64,000 nt of DNA from the NCBI GenBank assembly GCA_964016885.1, contig OZ024741.1:293322001-293386000 (forward strand). Direction: 5' to 3'. Below the pieces are notes generated by a model. The model was not told where the DNA came from. It ran no database searches and saw only the letters and a list, made by a program, of their open reading frames with translations. Below, in pieces: positions 53,581-64,000 of the stretch. Made by a program: the position numbers and the translations under genes. Numbering within the stretch: position 1 is the first letter of the stretch; each line of letters starts with the position of its first letter. Source of the DNA: Eledone cirrhosa (taxonomy: Eukaryota).

Positions 53581-53766
53581 GTGACAGTGTCACAGTTATC
53601 TCAGTAGCAGTGAAAATGCCAGATAGTTAATTCTGGATTTTTATTCATCATCGATGATATTTACTCACTTACTACTGAGACAAAGTAGGTTAAAATCTAT
53701 GGATTTTGCATATGAAATATCGACTAGAGATGCTCACCACTACTGAGATAACTGTGACATGATCAC
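53581..53766. mobile_element. Small MITE-like element with 20-bp perfect inverted repeats
   Basis: tgtcacagttatctcagtag / ctactgagataactgtgaca. Confidence 0.65.
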
Positions 53767-54169
53767 TGATTTCTTGTACCTAAATCAGACATCATTTTTT
53801 TTTTTTTTACATTTTGTGAAGGCAGTAGATTGACAGAATCATTAGATTACCAGACAAAAATGCTTCACAGCATTTAGTTATGGCCCTTTGTTCTAAGTTC
53901 AAATCCTACTGAGGTCAGTTCTGCCTTTCATCTTTCCAGGGTCAATAAAATATAGTATCAGACATGTACTTTGGTGAATGTAATTGACTTTTCCCTTTCT
54001 AGAAACTGTTGGCCTTGTGCCTAAATTAGAAATAATTATTTTTGGCATTTAGTTTCATGCTCTGATTTGATATGAAGACATATTGTTTCAATATTGGATT
54101 AGATTCAATATTAGCTAAGATTTAAAGAAACATATCAAAACAGGAAGTGCTGTTACCTGTTGTATTGTT

Positions 54170-54510
54170 GAAAGTAAAGTTAAATGATTTAAAGAAATTT
54201 TATTTTAATACTGGACATAGCATTATCTAATGTGCCTTTGAAAACAGAGTAAAGTGATTTGAAAAAAAACATTATTTCAATACTAGACATACAATTATCC
54301 AGGAATTAAAGAATCATTATTTCAAAACCGAACATACCATTACCCACTGTCTCTCAGACAGTAAAGTAAAACGATTTTAAGAAATGTTATTTCATTACTG
54401 GACATAGCATTATCTAATTTTCTGTTAAAAATAGTGAAGTGATTTGAAGAAACGTTATTCCAATATCGGACATAATGTTATCCAGGATTTAAAAAATAAT
54501 TTCAAAACCA
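54170..54510. repeat. Degenerate tandem repeat (gatttgaagaaa..ttatttcaatactggacatagcattatc-like, ~6 units with a higher-order pattern)
   Basis: Visible recurring units. Confidence 0.7.
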
Positions 54511-57500
54511 GTGTGTTTAAGTAGAGAAAATACATTCATGTCTCATAGTGGCATTTTTAGGGATAAATGGGTTTACTGTTTCTTACCTGGATCTCACTTT
54601 TCACACCAGGACATTTTTCAGCTACACTATGATAACTGCTTCTGCTGGCAGGCAAAAACATAGTGAGGGACTTACACTAGTAAACATTTCTAAGATCCAT
54701 TGAAATGCTATAATGGACACAGTCAAACGTCTAGAGTGTTACCCCCAATGACTAGCTGCATCAGTTATATGGACTGGATTAATTTGAATTGATCTATGCT
54801 CTGTGGTTTTCCAATCACACAAATAACTGATTCCAAACAGCAAAGAAAACATTGCAAGTGAGAGGTGACAACTGTTTCAACCAACTGTTGACAAACAGAA
54901 GAGAAAGAGAAAGCTTAAATATTTTTTTTAAATGTTCTTCTTTCTCCAATTCTTTTTTTTCCTTTCGTTCTTGATCACTTTCCTATCTCTTTCTTTGTTT
55001 ATCTCTTTCATTATCTTTCCTCTCTTTGTCACTTTCTTCTCTGTCATTCACTCCTCTCTGTTTTCCTTTAAACCTCTCTTTATTGTTTTTGTTTTTACCT
55101 CTCTTTCAAACTCTTCCTTTTCTCTCTTTTTTCATATTTTAACCTCAACAAGTTTGTTCTTCTTAACCTATAATATTTTTTTTAAATTCTTACTTTTCCA
55201 TTTCTCAACCATTTTTTAGAATATTCTGAATGTGTTATGCTTGAAGGAAAAAGATATTTCCAGGATTCTCGTCTGCATACAAGACTTTGATTCCAAAGAT
55301 AATATTTGTTAGAATACACACATCTTTAACATTGATCTTTCCACATTCTATATTAACAGCAAATAACAAAGATTTCAAACTTTTACACAATTAGACATTT
55401 TGTGAGGGGATATTTTTTAGCTTTTATTTCCGTTTATATATTTTTGTTCATATTTTTCTTTTTTTAAAAATTATTTTGTAACTATATTATTTTTGATTGC
55501 TTATTTTTCACTTTTGCTCTAGTTTCATTTTGGAGCATTCTTTATCTTTGTATCGTTATTTTTCTAATTCATTGTGCAGGTTTTTGTGCGTGTTTTTGTG
55601 CGTGTATGGGTATGTGTTTTCATGTTTATGTATCTATATGTACACATATGGCTGTGTGTTTGTGTGTATGAATTTGTGCTTGTGATTATGTATATCTCTT
55701 AAGTATCTGTATATCTGCATGTACGGGTGTGTATTTGTGAGTATGTATATGTGTTTATATTCATGTATATATTTGTTTATGTATCTATATGTATTTGTAT
55801 GTGTATATGGTAACATTTTCCTATAAACATTGGCTTATTATTTTTATTACTAATGTTGAATAACCTTACAGATTCACACACAAGGAGCAATAGAGATAAC
55901 AGAATGCTTTGGAGATGAATGAAAATCTTTCAGAAATAATTTGTTAGGTTTAGGCATTGATGTGACACACATACAGACACACATGTTTGATGTGTGTATT
56001 CATATTTATATAGTGTAGAATACAAGCATAAATGTGTGCATATATAAATTTATCTATCTTATGGGAAGGGAGATAGAAAGGGCATCTGGCCACAAAGCTT
56101 ACCAAACAAAGGGTTGGGAGGACCTCAGTTGTCAAAGATAGGACAACCTCCCCTGTGCACTCAGTAAAATGTGAAACTCTACATAAGTAAGTTGACAGAA
56201 AATCCTGGCTTGTCTGGGAGATCCGTAGCCCTGCTTCAGTACTAGCTTGATCTATGTAGACTCATTCTACCCTTACTAACAAGGAAAGCAGATGTTAAAA
56301 CAATGATGATGATCTAATATATATATATCAGCCATGTATTCATGTAGAAACCATAACAAAAATAGTTGCAAGGATTTTTCAGTTTTGTCAAAGTCATGAT
56401 AAAATACACCCAGTGTGTTTTAGTGTATGGAAACATATGTAAGCAAGATGTACCCTACCTCTGCCCCTTGGCTCATCTGAGAGGTCAGTAATGATGACAC
56501 ACCCAACCCTTGCTAGTACAGAAAATGGATGTAAATGATGATGCATACACACATACACACACATCCATCAGCACGTATAAACATCCATTTCTCATTTAGA
56601 ATTGCATAGTGTGGTTGTTATGGCAATTGAACTGCTTTTTCTGTTTATTTCAACTTCAGCTGACCATCTTAAAGTTAAGTTTTGTTTCTTTTAATGAAGG
56701 ATACATAATGAACAGATACATATTTGTCACTGATAATTTCTTATATATTTGATACATACACAGACAAACCACATACCTATAATACAGTCAGACACCATCA
56801 TGAACAATGTATGGACCATTCCATCAATATATATGTTGATACATACAACAAATTAAAATCGACACATGCACACATTCCCCTTTTTTCAAATTTTTGTTTT
56901 TTTAATCCATCCACTAATGTGTTCACCTGATGAAGGACTAACATCCAATACTTTAAATGTCTTTTCTCTCTTTCATCCAAAGGGTGAACCTAATGACACT
57001 AATTGTTTTTGTATCTCTGTATTTGTCAATCTTTATTATATATATAATTGTTTCTACTTTTGGCACAAGACCAGCAATTATCCCAGTGCATTACTGGTGC
57101 TTTATTTTATTGACTCCATAAGGATGAAAGGCAAACATAACCTCGGCAGGATTTGAATCCAGAACGAAAAGGGCCATGACTCTATGCTGCAAAGCATGGT
57201 GTCTGACGCTCTACCATTACAATGGTGGTGGCCAAGCTTGGCCTCAGCTTTTTGGCTGGAACACGTAATAGAGTAATGACTTATCAAGGTGCTTGGATGA
57301 TTTGAAATGCTGGAATCCAAATGCAGACATCGCTATGAATAGTTTCTGATTTCGGCACAAAGCCAGCAATTTGAAGGAAGGAGTAAGTCAATTAAATTGA
57401 ACCCAGTATATTACTGGTGCTTTATTTTATCGATCCTGTAAGGATGAAAGGTGAAGTTAACCTTAGTGAGATTTGTACTCAGAACGTAAAAGTCCTAAAC

Positions 57501-58029
57501 TAAATGCCACAAAGCATTTTGTCCGATGCTCTACCAATTCTGCCAAAACACTGCACTATTATTAGTAAATACTAATAATACACTCTCTTTTGACTTTTTA
57601 TTAGATTTTGTTTTACTTATTTTACTATTCATTTATTTTTCTTTACATATATATTCTCATCAAATTTGACATGAACTAAATATAGTTGAAGTTTTTAATT
57701 TTCTCTGTTAACGAGTTCGTTGGCCATGTCGTTAACAATATATTTTGAAGAACTTCTTATTTGATTTCTGTGTATGAGAAGAAGCAAAGATGAGAGGAAG
57801 GAGATGGATAAAGGAGTAATAACAGAATGAAAGCAATATGTGTTTTATGAGTTCTTCATCTTATTCTCCTCTTTTTTCTCCTTGTGTTTTGCTTCCTTTC
57901 ATCCTCTTCATATTCTTCTTTACCTTCATTTTCTCTTTCTTTTATTCTCCATCTCCTTCTTATTCCTCTTCTCCATCATCATCTCCACCCTCTTTACCTT
58001 TTGTACTTTTATTAAATAGCCTCATATAT

Positions 58030-58060
<31 letters not shown>

Positions 58061-58839
58061 CATATATTACTGCCATATCAACCCCCCCCCCCCTGCATGC
58101 ACACACGCACCACACATACATGTCTGTATTTTTCCACTCCATCATCAATGGTGCACGCAACGCCATTTGATTGGAACAAGTAACAAATTATTATTAAAAC
58201 CCCAATAAGATCCATTATTATTGATCTCTGATATATTGATAGGACCAATTCCTTCAACCCCTCTCCATTAGAATTGGCACATTAAAATTTCTGAGAAAAA
58301 GAAGCTTGTCTTAATAATGGAATGTTGGAATTTCCCATTCCAGCTGCATCATTATGTATATGTGTGTGTGTGTTTGCACATGTGTGTGTATGCATGTGTA
58401 TACATTTTGTCTATTAGTTTTGTGTGTGTACTCTTCTTTGCATACATGTGTGTATGCTTATATATAAGTTTAGTGTGTTAGTATGTGTATGTATTGTTAA
58501 CAGCTACCTGATAACGCCTCTGCAGTATCCATTATACATGACACTATATGACATTTATAATTACACTGTACCTTTATTACTATCAGCTCAGTTAACGAAC
58601 ATTTCATCAATAAGTAATTTTTCATAAGAGTATATTTCTAGACTTGCTTCTATCTAAAACATTTTCGAATTGGAACTCCACCCCACCTTACCCTACCCCA
58701 CTCTGAAAAGACTTGTCAATCTCAAGCAATGGGCAGATTACTATTCTGACCTATATTTGATCTCATTCAGCTTTGATGATTTGGTTAGAACTTAACACAG
58801 GCTGTCATACATATACTTATATGCAAGCCTGTGAAATTC

Positions 58840-59085
58840 TCCAGGCCAGATGTGAAATGCAGCCCAAAGCTGATGTAATAGGCTATGGCCAGATGTAAAA
58901 TTTAGGCCTCCTGTATAAAAGGCCAAGGCCAAATGTAAAATGCAGTCCAAAGCTGATGTAGTAGGCCAATGACAGGTATAAAAGTTAGGCCTTCTCTGAG
59001 ACATAAAATGTAACTGCCCAAAGCTTGATATAGGCCCAGGCCAGATATAAAATGCGGGACCCCAAAGCTCATAATAGGAAAGAAG
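58840..59085. repeat. Degenerate minisatellite (ggccagatgtaaaatgcagcccaaagctgatgtaata-like)
   Basis: About 6 visible units. Confidence 0.7.
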
Positions 59086-60393
59086 TAAAACATTGATCCC
59101 ATTTGAAATTACTTAAGTATTTTAGTAATTAATCCTAAATTCACAAGATGTATGTATGGGTTACAGGGATATACAGGTACATATGTAAATAATGTACTAA
59201 AATGTATCAGAAGAGCATAAAAGAATTAGGGAACTTGAAGGGAGTTAGTTCTTCAGAAAATTTGAGGCCTATGTTAGATTTCCTCTTCTTGATTTCACTT
59301 CAGTCAAGATTGTATATAAACTTTTTCTTGTTTTCTTCATGTTGAATATTCATATTAAAGGTTCCATTTTGTTCCTCAAAAGTGGTTTGCAGATCAAAGA
59401 TGTGAAACTTGAAATTTGAATTTCAGCTCTAATAAATATGACGATACACATATATATATAAACTCAGAGGCATGCATATGTACACACATGCATACACACA
59501 TAAATAGACATATGTGGACATGCTGAAAAGTGCACAGGTACATACTTAGACACAGATTTCATGTATCACTATCTCTAGCTCTTGATCATAAAATCAAGGA
59601 CACTACGGTTCAGTATAGAACTCAGATATTACAAATGTAGAGTATTGTTTTACTAGTTTTAATTATTAGACTGTAGACACGTTGGTATATCACTGAAGAG
59701 CTTTAGTGGATTATATCAACCCCAGTACATATTTTCAATTATTAGACTACAGCCATGTTAAGGCTGTGGGTTTAGTGGATTATAACGATTCCAGTACATA
59801 TTTTTTTCAAGTCATATATCTATTTTATCGACCTCTTTTTGTTGAGCCACTAATTTACAGAACATAAACAAGTAAAACCACACACACACATACACAATAT
59901 AAAATTCTATAGTTTCACTCAATGTATTGATCAACAATAGGCTGTAGTAAAAGATATGTGCACAAGGTGCTGCTCAGTGTGACTGAACCTGAAACCATGT
60001 GGTTGTGAAGGGAACTCCTTAACCACAGCCATTCATGCAGGTATATTTTTCTTCAAGATATGTGTGTATGTGTGTCTGCGGATGATGAGGATGGACCACT
60101 GTCAATTATAGCAATAAGTGTTCCAGTTTTTCAAACAATAGAACAGCTTGCTCATGAAATTAACTTACAAGGGGTTGAACATACTACAGACTCATGAACC
60201 CCTACATAATGTAACTCTTAGACACCGTGTTACAAGGCTGGCCCTTTGAATTACAGATATAACCATTTTTGCCAGGTGAATCGAATAAAGTAAACTGTTT
60301 TGCTCGAGGAGGCAATGTGCAGGTGTGGAATTGAACTCATGACAATATGATTGCAATCCAGACGCCCTTACTACTTATCTGTGCTACTTTGCA

Positions 60394-60426
<33 letters not shown>

Positions 60427-61395
60427 TGCCCCACACATACATATATTCACATATATATTTTACACACATGCACACACACATGCGCGCACACACACATGCA
60501 TATGCACACACACACACAGCCTGAATCTTAGGTGATTTTGACACATATAGTTGTAAATTCTTTTTATAATGCAAATATTTTGAAAAAACACAACGCCCAG
60601 ATCCACATGAAGCCGTATCACCTGATACATGGGAGAAAACTCTAAGCCATTCTGCTCTAATACTTTTCCTAGATTTTCTCAAACTACATAAAACCTGACA
60701 TTATTCCTCTGCCAAAGATTCGACATACACAGGCACTTTTAAAGGAGGGTTTAGAACATGGGTGAGTTTTAAATAATCAATTGACTGTATATACATACAC
60801 ACAGAAACATACACAAGTACATATATACGTATGTATATATATGTTTGTGTGTGTGTAACAATATCTGTAGGTGTGAAAAAAAGAAAACTGCTTAATCAGG
60901 AAGAGAACAAAAATATATTATTTTCATACATAGAACAAAGCCCAGTAATGACTATATCTCCAGAATTATGATCTATCTTCATATGCTTATATGAGCTTAA
61001 ACATATAAGTGCCTGACAATTTTGATATCTCTTACATTCTAGAGATATGGTCAATATTAGGCCTTGAAACCTCAGGTAGCGATTCTCTTCCATGTATGAA
61101 CATAAATAAATAATAATAATAATGATAATTATAATAACACACACACAAACAAACACTCACACACACATATATATATATATTGGAAAAATCGTGAGATACT
61201 TGGTACAGTTAGGTATATTTGACAATCGCCATTGATGAATGTGAGAAAATTCTCCTGAAACTTAACCAGGATTTTAAAAAACTTTCCATCGAAGTTAACA
61301 AAGGGCTTATTAGATCTACATAAGAAAGTTGTAAAATTATAAAAATAAATTGTTATAGAATAGCAACTACAATTGCAAATATATATATATGTCTT

Positions 61396-61660
61396 GATGT
61401 GTTGTTTCCTTGAGCAAGACTCTTTATTTCACATTGATCCAGTTTACTCAGCTGTAGAAATGAGATGATAGGGACTGGGATCCATATCATTCCACTGCAA
61501 AGTGGTCGTGGAGGTGCCACGGCAAAAACGCACCCAGCACTCACTGTAAATGAGGTTGGTGTTAGGAAGGGCATCCAGCTGTAGAAATCAAGCCAGAATC
61601 AGTTCCCATCCCACCCTTGCAAGCAGGGAAAAGTGGACGTAAAATGAAATGATGAAATGA
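61396..61660 (+). mobile_element. CORE-SINE with RTE tail, head truncated, in a TA tract
   Basis: Same family as 47777-48171. Confidence 0.87.
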
Positions 61661-61930
61661 TATATATATATATTTATATGTATATATATCCTGTCCTCTC
61701 CGCTGGTAAAAGTGGGATGTATCTCTATAATTGAAGGGTAACCTTGTCATACTCTCATACAGAATCTCCTTAGATCTGCGTTAAGACTACACTTATCTTT
61801 GGAATACTCATCCACTTTCATTTTACTTTCACAAGGCTGGTTGTTCCATTATTTGAACACCTGGAATGCTTGTCGAAAGCACCGGGTGTCTAGCAACACA
61901 CACACGCATATTCACACATCCCTCTTTCTG

Positions 61931-61965
<35 letters not shown>

Positions 61966-62119
61966 ATATATGTATAATATATGTATAAATATTTACCTAC
62001 ATACACATACATCTCTCTCTATATATATACATATGTATATATATAGAGAGAGATGTATGTGGATATATATATATTAACAATTATTATAGCGAGGTATATA
62101 TGTGTATATATATATATAT

Positions 62120-63448
62120 ATTAACAATTATTATAGCGAGGAATTTAGCGTACAGGTTGGTGTCCACCAGGGCTCTGTTCTTAGCCCTCTCCTGTTCATC
62201 ATAGTCCTGTAGGCAATAACGGAGGAGTTTAAGACCGGATGCCCATGAGAACTCCTGTATGCTGATGACCTCGCACTTATAGCTGAATCTATGGTAGAAC
62301 TAGAGAAGAAATTCCAAACTTGGAAGCAGGGACTAGAAGGAAAGGGTCTCAGAGTGAACATGACAAAGACTAAGATCCTTGTAAGTAGACAAGAAAACAG
62401 AACCCAGATCCCCTCAGGGAAATGGCCTTGCTCAGTATGTACGAAAGGTGTAGGTAGGAACTCCATTCTCTGCCTCAAATGCAAACAATGGGTACACAAG
62501 AGATGTAGCGGGATCTCAGGAAGCTTAACTAAGAATGTAGGCTTCACATGCAGCAGCTGTGCTGGGACAGCAAACAGCCACAGGAAACAAGTACCACCAA
62601 TCTCTGGGAGGGCTCTGTAGAAACAGTAGACAGCTTCTGCTACCTAGGTGACTGAATTAGCAGCAGAGGTGGGTGTTCAGAAAGTACAATAACTAGGGTA
62701 AGAATGGGATGGAAGAAGTTCAGGGAACTACTGCCACTGCTAGCTGCAAAAGGTTTCTCCCTCAAAATGAAAGGCAGACTTTATGATGCGTGTATCCGAA
62801 CAGCAATGTTACATGGTAGTGAGACCTGGGCGCTGTCTGTAGAAGACTTGCATAGATTAGAAAGAAACGAAGTCTGCATGCTCCGATGGATGTGTAATAG
62901 TAATATACGCGAACGGCAAAGCATAAATGAATTGAGAGAGAGACTGAGCATAAGAGGAATCAAATGCTGAGGTGGTTGCGTTGGTATGGACATGTGATGT
63001 GTATGAAGGATGCCAGCTGAATAAAAAGGTGCAGAGCACTAGAAGTCAATGGAAACTGCGGAGTGGGGAGACCCAAGATGACCTGGGATGAGGTGATAAA
63101 AGCCGACCTTACCTAATTACACCTCTCAAAGGCGATGACACACGACCGTGACCTCTGGCGTCACGCAGTAATACAGAGTACCCGACCTCCCATGGGTTGA
63201 AGCTGAAGCATATAGACAATATGCCCCCACACCCAGCCCACACTGTAAAGTGGACATGTAGGCGCCACGGAAAAAAGCACCCAGCACTCACTGTAAATGA
63301 GGTTGGTGTTAGGCAGGGCATCCAGCAAGCCAAAATCAGTTCCTGTATGAGCAAGGCATGGTCAGCCAACCAGACACTGCCCACAACAGGACAACCCGTC
63401 TAACCCATGCTAGCATGGAAGAACGGACGTAAAACGGTGATGATGATG

Positions 63449-63450
<2 letters not shown>
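62120..63450 (+). mobile_element. 5'-truncated RTE LINE (subfamily C), pseudogenised, also with the PHD-like finger
   Basis: [29 protein letters not shown] and HGSETW, with stops and deletions, a (GAT)n tail and (TA)n flanks. Confidence 0.93.
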
Positions 63451-63483
<33 letters not shown>

Positions 63484-64000
63484 TCGATCTGTTTATAAAT
63501 ACTTACACACGCACAGTTTACAAATGAGAGCGCAATGTTCCTGTTATTTAATCATAAATATATTTTATATTGAAAATATATATCGTGCTGCAATTTATCA
63601 AGGGAAAGAACTCTATATATCAAATTTAAATTATCGATATCTTAAAACATAATCTTATGAAATTGCCCTTTTCTTACAGGAATTATTGATATATTATTAG
63701 AATATCGAAGTGATTCTAGTACATGACACATACATTTTTTTATTGTTCCTAGAATATAGAAAAGTAAACGTGAGATATATAATAATAATTAATATAAATG
63801 GTTTTTCACATGTCACAGGGCCATCAATTTTTTGTTCAGAAGTGGGTGGGTGATAATATAAATAATAATAATAATAATAATAATAGTTTAATATAAAATT
63901 GCATGTTTTAAAGTGTTCACATCTAAATTAAAATATTCTCTCATAATTTTAAGCAAACTCTTTTTAAGGCGGCCTTGGTGGGGTTAGAACTTAGAATGTA

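Noticed and set aside
54170-54510. Repeat arrays resembling CRISPR (also 7990-8250 and 58840-59085)
   Set aside because: Units are degenerate and contiguous without unique spacers, there are no cas genes, and the context is eukaryotic.
61230-61270. ttgatga...gagaa/ttctc..gaaac hammerhead-like motif (also 17505-17540)
   Set aside because: The core is mutated and there is no convincing stem I or III.

Overview
AT-rich, repeat-saturated eukaryotic DNA, either intergenic or deep intronic. The repeat make-up (very long (TA)n/(CA)n/(ATT)n microsatellites, RTE LINEs, tRNA-headed CORE-type and Meta-type SINEs) suggests a coleoid cephalopod such as an octopus. That is an inference, not a database result. 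No host protein-coding gene can be confidently called, and almost all short ORFs in the track are translated microsatellites or antisense frames of transposons. Supported content: several RTE-clade LINE copies, including a young 5'-truncated one with about 600 uninterrupted codons and a PHD-like zinc finger inside the RT ORF; CR1, R4/Dong-like, CRE-like and Tx1-like LINE fragments; two DD37D (maT-type) Tc1/mariner copies; hAT and piggyBac MITEs with TSDs; and two SINE families. Most notable: (i) an RTE/CORE-SINE system that sits almost exclusively in (TA)n tracts, including a head-to-head SINE/LINE chimera and fold-back inversions centred on (TA)n; (ii) several 190-420 bp palindromic elements, one with divergent tRNA-like Pol III heads in both arms and one with hammerhead-like cores in both arms; (iii) Penelope-type minimal hammerhead ribozyme motifs. 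Coordinates were read by eye, and repeat boundaries are approximate unless a TSD or TIR is quoted.
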